The notes: a model not told the origin generated them from the sequence alone. Shown: positions 23,071 to 35,410, counted from the first letter of the whole stretch. The stretch is DNA of 63,974 nt, filler included, from Folioceros fuciformis (GCA_049999805.1; 6 parts of 4 records of this genome joined end to end with filler, not necessarily neighbours in it); one strand, 5' to 3'. Numbers and translations: made by a program.

Positions 23071-23900
23071 GGAGTGTGCCAAGGTTTATCATAGTCATAG
23101 GAATGGTGTTCTCCCTCTTTCCTTTGTGGTGGTCTTCTTTCGATAACACGTATCCATTGCTTTGCAAAGAGCATTGGCCAACACAGTTTTTAGAACAACA
23201 ACAAGCAAAAGGTAAGCAGCTTCTTGGGCACCAATGGTAAGTAGGTCTTTTGTTATTCTACATCATCAAATTTTGGGAGCAGTTGGTAGTTTTTTAGAAT
23301 AATATTCGAAGTGGGGTTTAGGGTTTATTGAGGAGTGCGCAAAGGTTTATTGCAGTCATAGGAATGGTGTTCTCCTTTCTTCCTATGTGGTGGCTTTCTT
23401 TCGACAACATTTATCCATTGTTTTGCAAAGATCATTGAGCAATGTAGTTTTTAAAACAGCAACAAACGTAGGTCAAGTGGCGTCTTCGACACCGGTGGTA
23501 GGTAGGTCTTTTGTTATTCTAGATCATCAAATTTTGGGAGTAGTAGGTAGGTTTTGAGAATGATATTTGAAGTTAGGATTTAGGGGCAAAGAGCATTGGG
23601 CAATGCAATTTTTAGAACAGCAACAAATGTAGGCCAAGCGGCATCTTCGTCACCGGTGGTAAGTAGGTCTTTCATTATTCCACATCATCACATTTTGGAA
23701 GCAGTAGCTTTTGAGAATGATATTCAAAGTTAGGGTTTAGGGTTTATTAAGGAGTGCATCAAGGTTTACCGGAGTCATATGAATCGTGTTCACCTTCTGT
23801 TGTATATGGTGGCTTCTTTCGACAACGCGATTTTGGAGCAGCAACAAGCATAGGTCCAGTAACATCTTCGGGAATAGTCGGTAGTTTTTTTAAGAATGAT
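23070..23900. repeat. Tandem array of ~170-260-bp units downstream of the CRE-like remnant, with telomere-type TTTAGGG at junctions
   Basis: Unit motifs AGGAGTG..AAGGTTTAT..GTCATAGGAATGGTGTTCTCC and CAAAGAGCATTGG..TTTTAGAACAGCAAC recur at ~23070, 23330, 23585 and 23750. Confidence 0.8.
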
Positions 23901-23913
23901 ATTCAACAAGCAA

Positions 23914-24070
23914 TGACAAGCAATGATATCATCACTTGGACAACCCTTGGATGGACAAGTAATGATATCATAACTTGGACAAGTAATGATATCATAACTT
24001 GGACAAGCAATGATATCATCACTTGCACAAGCACTACAAGATATCATCACTTGCACAAGCACTACAAGAT
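23914..24070. repeat. 24-bp minisatellite with palindromic units
   Basis: GACAAG(C/T)AATGATATCAT(C/A)ACTTG repeated about 4-5 times, plus partial copies. Confidence 0.85.
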
Positions 24071-24239
24071 ATTGGTAACACCGTACACTTTGTGCCCCAA
24101 GCTTGCTTGCAATTGGTCCGCCTTGGGTGAATCGGAGTTTGGTTGTTTTCTAGCCATCGCGTCTGATGCCCCCGCACTCTTCTTGTTTGACATAGTAAGT
24201 CCCGCACATACGTCTTGGACTCTTCGGACTGATGAAGCT

Positions 24240-25040
24240 TTCTCCAGGCTCTAATGCTGGTGCCTGCACTTGCACGAGCCCGCAGGAGGCACACAGCTGT
24301 CACTGAATTTGGCACAGCGATGCCTTCTCCCACCATCACGCTGTAGAGCTGAAGGGTTTCCGGGTCCCTGCCCTGTTGGGAATCCCTGCAATTAAAGCAG
24401 TCCACGTCACCACATCTTTCTGGACAGGGAGTGCGGACTCCCCCTCTCCAAAGCAGGGGTGTCCGCACCTGTACTTGCCTGCAGGAGTCACACATGAGTC
24501 ACACGGCCTGGGTACAGCCATTCATCCTTCCGGCACATCACAACACTGTAGACACAGCAGGGAGTGCTTCCTGCCGCACTCCCTGCTGGGGGTACCTAAC
24601 TGTTACGGTAGTCCACGACTCCACATCTTTCTCAACGACTCCGTCAAACTCTCGGTGATCTCCCAGGCTGCCACACTTCTCGTGCACGTCCACCCGCTCA
24701 AACCCACTAGCCAACACCTCAGCATGTAGCTCCTAGTTAGTACCTTGTGGCCATTCATCACAAATACCATACCCAGATATGAGGGGGCGTGCTCAGGCCA
24801 CCACATTCTCTTTGTTCATGCTGTCAAAAATCTATTTTGCAAACATGTCCATGTTGCTGGTGCGCGACCAGTGCTACATCAACCAGCAGTCCTCCTTGAA
24901 CAACCTGCAAGTGCAGCTGTCTGCCCTTCTGCGCGGCACCAATGAAGGCACGGACCTTCAGAAGGCAAGCAAAGGTGACATGGCTACCCACAACGATTCC
25001 CTCGTGCTCCATTATTTCCCCATACCCACACGACAAGTCC
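24240..25040 (-). pseudogene. Degenerate PLS-class PPR gene fragment
   Basis: Frame-shifted motifs HVTFACLLKVRAFIGAAQKGRQLHLQV, KDVVTWTALIAG and PNSVTAVCLLRA. Confidence 0.7.
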
Positions 25041-25076
25041 TACTTTTTCCCAGGTGGTTTCGTATTTGAAGTGCAC

Positions 25077-27808
25077 ATGCGACAGGAAAAAGTGTTAAAA
25101 AGCTCAACGGTCATACATAGACGCTCCACATGTGTCCTCGATGATTTGGGGCGTGTGTTCGGAACAGCTCCGCAAGAGCTCAGGAAGATGGGTCCTCCGC
25201 TTGACGCATCCCGCGTTCGCAATGGAAGCGTGCGCGTCTTGAGTATCCAGTCCCACACTGTGCAGGTAGCTCTTCTCATATCCCTCGAGCTCTCCTCTGT
25301 ATGGGTGCACTTGGGTGGGTACATGTCCTCTCCAGACGCGAGACTCCAGTAGTGCAGTAACTTTCTCTGTCTCAAAGTAAAATTTAAATGGAGGTCTTTG
25401 TGGCAGGGTTACGTGGGTAACAAATCAGCCGTTTTCCCTCTTCAGTTACTGGGCTTTGAAGTTGATCCTATCAATTCTGTGCAGTTCTCCAATCATACGG
25501 GCAAGTTTGTTCCAAATTCCGGTTGCAGCTGGATTTTCCTGGTTGCCTCGCTAGTTACTGATTGAGCAATAGGGAACATGGGAGTGAGAGGGTGCAGGGT
25601 ATCCTGTCTGGCGGGGTCAGGTGCTTGACGGGGAGCAGCTTTGGAGCCTAATAGAGGGTCTGGAGGCAAATGGGCTGCTCTTTTACACGCATTTGCTGAC
25701 AGGTATGACCATGTGTTCACCTGGTTACACAGTTGCAGCTGGTTCTGCCCGATGATCTCTGTTCTTGTGGGAATGGTTGTACCTTGCTCAGACTGATGCG
25801 TTTGGCTAGTCGTGTAAGAGTGGGTCATGTACTGACAAGCATGACTGAAAAAGGCTCTCTTGTGCCCAAGCAGGTTACATTGGGTCTCTCTCATTTTTGG
25901 AAACAGTTCTACGGTTAGTGGAAAAACTGCGATCAGTGAATCCACAGCTTGTTTATGGTGAGAGTCAGTTAACTACTTACGATTTTCCATAGAAGTGTGT
26001 ACAACATAGGATTAGTGTTTGAAATCATCTTTCCTTGTAGATCTGGTGGTGGTGGTAAGGACGGCCTGGACATGGCTTGTTTCCTTTTGTTAAAAATGTC
26101 TGCTTCTTTGGTTTGGTTTTACTTATAACAAGATGAGTGAGAGTGACATGTCCTCCGTCTGTTCGTGGCGATACATTGTCACTTTTACCAGTGTGTGATC
26201 CGGTGATGGGGGATGAAGGACGTCTCTATGTGAAGCCGGAACTTGTGCCTTTGTATCGGGAGAAGGTATGTGGCTCTACTCAGTCCCCTGTTTAAGCTTC
26301 TCTGTTCTGGTTGGTTTGTTTACGCTGGGTTATCTTGGTCCTTGCCCCATGTCGTTCACACAGTCCTGCACCTTTGGGAGCTTAGTTTTATCGGCTGTTG
26401 GGGTGGCTTGGAGAAATAGGTGATACGTGTGGCTTCAATGCTCACGCCAAATCAGTTTGAAGCAGAACAGCTGACAGGTAGCAGGTGTGTCTCTCTTGGA
26501 ATCAGATTTGCTGCTGTCAGACAGTAGAAAGCATTCGATGTGTCAGGAGTCGATTCGATGTTTGACTTTTTGTATGAACTTCCGTTTGCAGAGTTGAAAC
26601 GGAGGCAGATGCGTTAAGAGCTTGTGCTCGTCTCCATGCTTGTGGACCACAGAAAGTACTTTCACCAGCAAGCTCTTTCAGGAAAGGTCGTGCTGCGATT
26701 TGAGGCTCACCAGTTCGCCTAATTGTTCTTTTGTGATTACAGGTTATAATCACAAGTATGGAGAGTGATGGCAGGTTTTTGTTAGTCGGAAGTCACCAGC
26801 TACAGGAGGCAAGTCCTTGTCCGGTCTTGACATGTCCAAATTTTAAGCCTCGAATCTTAATCCTGTCCATTACGCAAGCTCACGGGTCCAATTACCTGTT
26901 TTGAACTGAACAGGAGGGTTCGCCCAAACAATTCCGAATTGCCATGCCAAAGTTGCCAGTGTTGTTCACGGTACACTTGTGTTTCTTTTCCCATGTTTGA
27001 CGATTGCTGAGAAGCCGAACTTGATCAGGCTTAACAGCCAGAGACACCTGGTTCCTGCAGGGAGTCGGAGACTTAATGGCTGCTCTTCTGCTGGGCTGGA
27101 CCCATGTATGTATCGCTTTCTGGAATCCTGAATTACAAACTTCAGTTCACGGGAACAACAATGGATGTAGCCTGTTGATCCAAAGAAACAACTGTGTTGC
27201 TGTTTACCCTGCTATCAGAAGAGNNNNNNNNNNNNNNNNNNNNNNNNNNNNNNNNNNNNNNNNNNNNNNNNNNNNNNNNNNNNNNNNNNNNNNNNNNNNN
27301 NNNNNNNNNNNNNNNNNNNNNNNGATGTAGCCTCATGTTTTTGCCGACCAAAAAAAAAAAAAAACGTTTTTTGTTTATCAAGTCCTTGGGCTTGCTTGCT
27401 CTTTCTACTGACAACAACTAAAGTCCCGGCCGGCTCTGAGGCAGTGTCGGCAAGGAGAGTTGTTTCGAGCCTTCTGTAGTGCTACTCATTCTCTTACACC
27501 CGTGTCTCTGCAGAAGTATCCGGAAGACTTGGACAAGGCAGCTGAGTTAGCTGTTTCAAGTTTACAGGTATTTTCGAGTTGTTAGGCCGCTGTGCTGGGG
27601 AGAGCATTCTGCAGATCACTTCCTATACAAAATTGTAATTCTGATCACTGGTAACCCATTGCTTGTTCATAAGGCCGTCCTACAACGAACATTAGCTGAC
27701 TACAAGGCCGACTCCCAGCCACTACCTCCTGTACTGGAATTGAGCATCGTTCAGAGCAGAGACGACATAATTCATCCACCCATCACTTGCCGAGCTGAAA
27801 AATGCTGA
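25077..27808 (+). CDS. SOS4: Pyridoxal kinase (vitamin B6 salvage), multi-exon; alternative start at 25188
   Basis: [81 protein letters not shown] and C-terminus [12 protein letters not shown]...C*. Confidence 0.95.
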
Positions 27809-27998
27809 TACCCTCGGGGGATAAATTTGTCCAATGTAACATTTTATTATTTGCTGGGCGTACCACAATGGTCTATTTTGTTCAAGGCTGAGTCGATTAG
27901 TCGGAGAATGATACTTGCCTGAAAAGGGAGGTAATAAATCTCTCGTGATATCGTTCGCACTGTGCAGGGTTCCAGTGAGTGATCGAAAGGTGAGCTTA

Positions 27999-29319
27999 TC
28001 ACCAGTAATTATTTAACAAAAAATGCTCTTTGACTTTCTCAAGGGCCTTCCGACGATGCGATATAAGGTTCTTCTCGTCTTTCGGCATCTCAGCAAACCT
28101 GCAAGGTCGCACACATACAAAACCTTCACGACCAGTCTGAGAATGCCTACAAACAACCAGTTTTCCCGGAGTCGAAATGCTCACGTGGATTCAAAGCCGT
28201 CTGGTTGAAAGACAGGATCCCACCCAAAATAAGCAGGGCCCCTTGGTGGAACAATCTTACCCTGCAACACACAGGAACGGCGCCTTGTATGCTGCTACAA
28301 AGATGCTACCAGCGGGATCAAGTGGAAGCACAGAACCTTGGAGCCTCGCATACCTTAACTTGACCAACGAAAGAAATTGGTTCCGAATCAGGACTTAGAG
28401 CCAGTGAGAAGACGCAAAGGGCATATGCTGATTTGTCCTCATATGCTGCCAGCAGATTGTTGAGACCTGACAACCAAGCGAAACAAGGTTTGTCAGAAGC
28501 TAACTCTTGAGCGACCATGCGCGCAACGAGATGATAGGGAGTGCTTGGAATTAAACGCTGCCAAGGGGCGGGAAATTGACCTTCAGCACCCGTTTTAAGC
28601 ACGAACCACTTTCTGCATAAAAGAGCCGAGGTAAGATGGAGAAAGTGGAGACTAATCAGTCATACTTTGAATGACTGGCTGTAGGGAACACAAATTGTGA
28701 AAGATCTCTGACTACAGTAGCCATCAGAGTGGCAATTTCACCAGCCTTTCATTGCCAATAGAGAACAGAGTTTGAGAGCTTACACGTAGGGACCTGCAGG
28801 AATTGTAGTAAGTCACGTCAAGCAGCAAAGGAAGCGGATCTGCAGAAGCTAGGCAACAGACAGCATGCCATACCTGGAAGGCCGTTGAGAGCATTGAAGC
28901 AGAGACATGTGTCTTCGACAAGCACAGGCCCAGAAACCTTGCAGGCACACCAATGTCACGTTGGGAGTTCAATCCCAGTGCGTCTGGAGGGCACCATGTG
29001 TAGCCGCAATCTCGTTGTTGGGAATCAACCCTACCTCTCTTGCTGCCATCAATGCCTTCGCCCGGGATATTTCTTCAGGCTCTCCTTGCAGTTCCGGCAC
29101 TGCAGATAAAAGCCAAGTGAGCTCCTCGGCGGAATGGACGCGGCAGTCACCTCTCCAGCCATCGCATCAAAGGAATGTGTGCTGGGTTAAGGCCAACTTA
29201 CGATCCAGACTTCGAGACTGAAAGGGGATGCTGTTACCCAGGATCATCTGAACTTCCTCCAGCTTTTTGGCATTTCCTGTGACAAAGGTCAGAGGCTTTG
29301 AAAGCGCCATGGGGACCAT
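27999..29319 (-). CDS. ITPA: Inosine triphosphate pyrophosphatase (HAM1 family), multi-exon
   Basis: [48 protein letters not shown] and [15 protein letters not shown]. Confidence 0.96.
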
Positions 29320-30879
29320 GGAGATTGGCAGCTCAAAGCGCTACTGATATCAACCACGGGCGGCCGGAGGGAGTCCCTTTCGTTTCCCTCCACTGCCGGC
29401 TCGTTCTCTCAGGGGCCTCTGTGCCACTTCAACGAGTTGTGAATTTCACAACCCGTTCGTTTCCCACGTAGTAGACAACGTTTGGTGTACCTAGCTTGCC
29501 GACGACAACGAATTTCGTCCACCTCAATTGTTTTCTCTAGAATGCTCGAACTGAAATTAAAATCGAGACTTATATGCATTTTCCCGGAAATGTGTTTGTG
29601 GTGGATGGCCAAATCGCGGAAAGGATGCAGGGAAATGGACGGTGCAGATTGCTAGATGTGCGCATTTGGTGAACTGTAAAATGCACGGCAGGTTTTGCAC
29701 AGTATGAACAGACGGAATGACTGTGGTCATGGTCTGCCTTGACTGCTGGGTATTCATTAGCAAGGAATCAGCTAAGAGGCTCCTGTTCTGCGTGGACACC
29801 CGGAGCAAGAAAGCCTCAACTGGGTCAATTTTGCAAAGTCCGAAGTCCTGTGCAAGCACATTTGCCTTCCAGTGGAGCAGGTAGCAGAACTGACAGACTG
29901 GGAAACGAGAACTGCAGCTGGGGAACTTACTGGTCGGGAACTCTCTGGTGGATGCGTATGCAATTGTGGTGGAATAGAAGGTGCGGGCCAGGATTTTGAC
30001 ATCCTGAACACTAAGGGAAGTGAGTACGAACAGAAGCTGGACTATCTTCCCATGTACAGGAGCAGAGAGGAGGGACAAAGCTATTTCCCAGTCTTCTAGA
30101 CTACGTTTCTTGCCATCGCTCATGGAAGCTGGCTGGTGTTGAGCATCAGATCTGATGTTCTGAGGGGCTGGGCCTATCTACCTCTTTTTCTCCGTTAACC
30201 CAGCTGTTTGCAGCAGGTTTTTGGCACATCCAACTAAGTTTCTGGGTGGGATAGGTCATGGAACGGTGCTTCATCATGTCCGGCGGTACTAGGCGACGGC
30301 CCAAGCACTTCCCTTCCAATCCCCATTTCGAGTTGATGGGGCCTTCTTGTTACGATGCCTTCCCAGTGCGCGCGCTGATTGAGCATGGATTGGAAGGTTT
30401 CTTCTTTCCGAGGTTGACGTATCTCGCCTGAGTATGATACTCGGGGTTGGCTTTCGTGGAGATGGAAGAGGACACTCGGAAGGCAAAAATCGTTATCTGC
30501 CCACAACAACTTCACCGGCTATATCAAGCGGCACCAACGACATGACCTTGAGCTCTTCTCTAACAGAGAAATAATAAGGTGCCAACTGCAAGGATCCTAT
30601 GTCCCGGAAGGCGTGAAGGAATGCAGCATCTTTCAAACTACTGTCATACATCTCCCTCCGATAACTGTTTCACTGCATACCAGTCCAGTGAAGCTGTTTA
30701 ACCTGATGCAACTTGCAAGGCACCCGCGGCGAGCGCGCTTTGAGGAGGAGGCAGAAAAATGTGATACTGATCACGTCGACATGCTCCTCCTTTCCATGTT
30801 CAGCGCAACATTTTCAAACACAGCCGCATGTCTACTCGCCCGGACAAGCCCTCGCTGATGATGCAGAGGAGGTAGATAT

Positions 30880-31223
30880 CTAACTGTGACCCTGAATTCC
30901 CAGCATAGTCTTCAACTGGTTCAGTCGCTGTAATCCGTCGCTGATCAGAAACCTGATGGCCTGAGGCTCCTTAGCCAGCCGGTTCCGCTCCATTTCATTC
31001 CGCATGGAACGTAGCAAATCCTCTGCACAAGACACCGCCAGAGGCCAAGGTGAGTTTAGCCCACCCGGTTGCAGGCACAGGGACGAATGCGTGGCCACTG
31101 ACCGCGGGTGTTCAGAGGGACACGCCGAGCCAGCCTCAGAGCCGATCGATACAGATGCAGCGCGTGAGAGCGCAGAATGAAAGATCGCAGGTCCCCTGGA
31201 GGAGGAGGCAAGCGCAGCGGCAT
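30880..31223 (-). CDS. LYR-motif protein (LYRM2-like), 2 exons
   Basis: Exon 1 is MPLRLPPPGDLRSFILRSHALHLYRSALRLARR; exon 2 is EDLLRSMRNEMERNR...AIRFLISDGLQRLNQLKTMLG. GT-AG intron ~31024-31102. Confidence 0.85.
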
Positions 31224-31325
31224 GCCGGCTGGCGGAGGGAAGGAGAGGAGGTTCCGTTAGGGTTAGGGGGCGGTTTCATACAAGAAAAAGGAGAAGAGGA
31301 AGTCGGAGAGCAGGGCAGCGGTTGA

Positions 31326-32360
31326 ATGCGACACACAGCGGCGGCGATGGCGGCAGGTCCTGTGGCAGGGGCGCTGCAGGCAGCAGACGCAGCCACTTTT
31401 CTGCGCTCTAAGGGTCTGGACGATGTTGCCATAGACAGGATGCAGAGCAAGTGCCTCCGGCTGCGGGGAGCGAGCGTGACGGATCGGGTGCGTCCGAACT
31501 GGGAGTTCCTGGAGGAGCTGGGCTTGGCCAAGAGGAAGCTGCCGGTGGTCCTGGCTCGGTTCCCGCAGCTGCTAGTGCTGGGGCGGTACGAGAAGCTGGA
31601 GCCGATGGTGGCCTGCCTGCTAGCCCTGGGAGCGCAGCCGAAGCAGCTGGCGCATGTCATTTCCCAATTCCCGCAGATCATGGGGCACAGCGTAGAGGAG
31701 AAGCTGTGCCCGGTGCTGGCGTTCCTGGAAGCATCGGGCGTGCCGCCCCCGTGCCTGCTCAAGGTCATCCTCCGCTGCCCTAGGCTCACCAGCTACAGCA
31801 TTGATCGCAAGATGATGCCCATGGTAAGCTACTTGCGCAGCCTAGGGGTGCCTGCCGCCGACATGGGGAAGGTGATCATCAACTGTCCAGCGCTGCTGGG
31901 ATGCAACCTGGACACCAAGATACGCCCCACGGTGGCGTGGCTCCGAGACCAGGTCGGGCTGCAACCTCAGAGCTTGGCGAGGCTCGTAACGCACTACCCG
32001 CAGCTACTGCTCAGGAGCTCCCACAGAGTACTGCAGCCGGCTGTGGACCTGCTGAGAGCTGTGGGATTCAATGCGCAACAGGTTGCCGCCATCGTCGGGG
32101 GATTCCCTCCGGTGCTGGTGAAAAGTACCAGGAATTCGCTGCGGCCCAAACTCGAATTTCTGGTGGATACCATGAGCCGACCGCTGGCTGAAGTGGTGGA
32201 CTACCCTGCTTATTTCGGCTGCAGTCTGCACAGAACCATCGCTCCTAGATTCAGGAGGCTTCAGCAGTTGTCACGGCACTGTAGTCTCATGACGATGCTA
32301 AGCTGCAATCAAAAGAAATTTGCAGACAAATTTAATCTCCTCCCGAGCTCTGGGATCTGA
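31326..32360 (+). CDS. mTERF6: Organellar transcription termination factor family protein, mTERF6-like, intronless
   Basis: Tandem mTERF repeats, including HSVEEKLCPVLAF and RLTSYSIDRK, which are characteristic of mTERF6/PDE191, and YPAYFGCSLHRTIAPR. Confidence 0.85.
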   Translation: MRHTAAAMAAGPVAGALQAADAATFLRSKGLDDVAIDRMQSKCLRLRGASVTDRVRPNWEFLEELGLAKRKLPVVLARFPQLLVLGRYEKLEPMVACLLALGAQPKQLAHVISQFPQIMGHSVEEKLCPVLAFLEASGVPPPCLLKVILRCPRLTSYSIDRKMMPMVSYLRSLGVPAADMGKVIINCPALLGCNLDTKIRPTVAWLRDQVGLQPQSLARLVTHYPQLLLRSSHRVLQPAVDLLRAVGFNAQQVAAIVGGFPPVLVKSTRNSLRPKLEFLVDTMSRPLAEVVDYPAYFGCSLHRTIAPRFRRLQQLSRHCSLMTMLSCNQKKFADKFNLLPSSGI

Positions 32361-32677
32361 ACACCTACTCTTGTCTCAAAGCCTGGTCCCTGCCAATCCC
32401 ATCTCTTTTATTCTGCTGATCGCTGGCGTGACCAGCTGGCCGATATTGCGTACACTGGTCGCTCTACCTGAGCATCACAGCATTTGACCGTTTCCTGAAG
32501 CATGTCAGGGCTCCTAAGACAAATCCTGTGCTTGTATCGACAGGAACACCAGTAACACTTGACAGGTACACAAAGTTCTAGGACACCAATCGTAAGACGG
32601 CGGTGAGAGGCGCAAAACGATAACACGTCAGCAGCAAAGGTTTGTACATAAAGAATGTCACCATCGATTCTTCTCGG

Positions 32678-34495
32678 TTACCCTTGGGCTTGACGAAACC
32701 TTTTCTTCCTACCCTTGCCACCTGTTCTACTGTAAGCTTTGAAAGATGCATTTGCGTCGGCCAGTGACGGCGGGGATGAAGGTTGTGCCCTTTCGTCACC
32801 TTGTTCATCATCGCTGGGAGCGGCAACCATTGTAAGCAGCCGAGAATTGGATAGCAAATAGTCGTTGAAGTCAAGAGCCCTAACCTCCTCCTTTCCGCTC
32901 ACATGACTTGGAATCGTCCCTGATAACGCTGTGTTCCCTTCGCTCGCATTATTCCTTAGCGCCAACGCATATGTGGCTACATATGTAGCCACATGTACGA
33001 GAAATGCTGTGGCTTGCCGGAGCTGGTGTGACGCTGTATCATTGAACTGCCTGGACAGCTGCGACCAATGTCCAGTTAACCTTGAAAATACAGGTTCAGG
33101 AAAGGCTCCCTCTTGCTCTAGAACTTCAACCAGTTGCTCCTGTGCTCTACGATGCCCGTAATCCAGCCCTTGACGCAACAATTGCACACCGTCACGAACG
33201 TGATGGCTTAATTCATTGACGGCAACCCTTCCTGCACTCGTAAGATCGGTCGAAATCTGGTGTGATTGAACCTTATCATTGAACTGCCTGGACAGCTGCA
33301 GGCAATGTCCCGGTACCCTATGAATATGAAACACAGGAGGAGGAAAAGTCCCGTCTTGCCCTAAAACTTCAGTCAGACGGTCCTGTGCTCTCCTATGCCC
33401 CTCCTCCAGCGCCTGACGCCAAAAATGCACACCGTCGAGAAAGCGATGGCTTGATTCACTGCCCACAGCCATTCCTGCAATCTTAAGGTCTGCCAAAAGC
33501 TGGAGTGCCGCCGTATCATTTAACTGCCCGGACAGCTGCAACCAATGCCCTGTCAACCTATGAAACACAGGAGGAGGAAAAGCCCCTTCTTGCCCTAGAG
33601 CTTCAGCCAGAAGCTCCTGTGCTCTACGATGCCCCACCTCCATCCCTTGACGCAACAAATGGACACCGTCACGAAAGTGACGGCCTAATTCACTGCCCGC
33701 AGCCCTTCCTGCACTCGTAAGGTCCGTCGAAATCCTTGACGCAGACTGCAGCACAGGCTCCCATCGCTGTTGCCCTAAACTAGCCTCCAAGCTGGCAGAC
33801 AGAGCAATTCGGCCCTTGCTGAGGAAGGGAACAGTGTCCACGCATCTCACGAACTGCCGGCTTGCTTGCAATCCAGCACTTCTCCATCTTTCCCTGGCTT
33901 CTGACACCATGTGATCCCGATTCTCAATGGACAGCGCCGCAAAATCCGCAGCGACATCCACCTGCACAGCAACCCGTCAGCACCGTCTCATCGTCAAAAA
34001 CTCCCCAAAGGCACACTGAAATGACAAAAAAGAGACACAGAATCTGTATCTGCAGCTCTCACCCCCCGGCAAGCCATCCTGAACGATGCCAGCGTCAAGG
34101 GCACAATGCTGAACCTGCAGCCGAAGGTTACGAAGTGAGACAGGCCCGCAGAGCAGCCTGGTTGCACACAGAGTCAGGTTGCGGCATCCAGTGAGTGAAT
34201 TGGGACTCACATGCCCCGACCGCCAATGTTGGCATGCTCGGATGGCTCCACCCATTCCTCATATCTGCGAGCCAGGAAAAGTACAAATCATGAACCATCA
34301 GCCCCGAGACCAGCCCCAATTGTAGCACCGGTGGTAGTGGATGACATACACCCAGCCGTAGCGCCGGTCGAAAATTAGCTGCTTGTGCCGAGGCTGACGA
34401 GAGAAGGACGACGTCGAGGCCTCAGACGAGACAGCGGCAGGAGGAGGGTTGGCGATCCTGCATCCCACCGAATCCCCAGCTTCCGGCCCTTCCAT
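32678..34495 (-). CDS. Uncharacterised protein with a conserved plant N-terminal motif and three ~80-aa tandem repeats
   Basis: Short exons QLIFDRRYGWV / EEWVEPSEHANIGGRGM / FCIVPL with GT-AG boundaries, followed by a 429-codon open terminal exon. Confidence 0.7.
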
Positions 34496-35310
34496 CGCCT
34501 CCGTCAAGACAGCGCTCCACGCTACCTACTCGACAGCGAGCTAACACATCTCTACAAAAGCCGCGCCACACACCCGACCACCAAACGGTGCCCAGGCTTT
34601 ACCTGCTAAACTGCTGTAGGAACGCGATTCTGCAGCACGAAGTCATTTATTTTGGAAAAAGTCATCAGGTACAGCGTACCGTGTGTGGTCCACGAACTTC
34701 AAAAGAAAAAAACAATCTGAAGTACAAAACTCATTTAAACCAAGTCCCATACGTGCTGCCCATTTTCACCCTAGTGATATCCATGGGAGAGATAAACTCC
34801 TTCCGATCTATTCGGGGGAGAGAAAATAAAAATACATTCCATGTAACTTAGACAGTAGGGAATTTTAAAAAAATGATTGAGAAAAATAAATTCCGTATGT
34901 TGCTCTAGGAAGCATATGAAGCTTCTAGACAATTGTGCATTTGTATGGAATACAAAATATGGGCATCCTTGTTATGATCTTCCAGCCATCATAAAATTAT
35001 ATCAACTTAATGCCCGACTTGGAATTTCTTCAGGTAAAACAACTATGGGGAAGGCCATGGAAGTAGCCTTTAGATAGTGCGTATACTGCAATCGAGCTGC
35101 AATGCTATAGTTGGCTCCTTCAACGGCTAGCCTTCCTATACTAAACACTACACCACCAACTTATGCTATAGCTAGCTCCTTCAACACCTAGCCTTCCTAT
35201 ACTATGTGCTACACCACCAACTTGTATAAGGATTATGTTGTTAGCCCCACCCTTTATGAGACCTCACTACCTCCCTCAAGATCCCGCTCTTCCCAATCTC
35301 CACCCCATGG

Positions 35311-35410
35311 NNNNNNNNNNNNNNNNNNNNNNNNNNNNNNNNNNNNNNNNNNNNTTAATTAATTAANNNNNNNNNNNNNNNNNNNNNNNNNNNNNNNNNN
35401 NNNNNNNNNN
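35311..35410. other. Artificial scaffold-joining linker
   Basis: 44 N + TTAATTAATTAA + 44 N. Confidence 0.97.

Noticed and set aside
23914-24070. Palindromic short repeats as a CRISPR array
   Set aside because: No unique spacers, no cas genes, and a eukaryotic context.
29604-30099. Possible small plus-strand gene ending ...LDYLPMYRSREEGQSYFPVF
   Set aside because: No consistent exon structure could be built and no family was recognised; needs RNA-seq.
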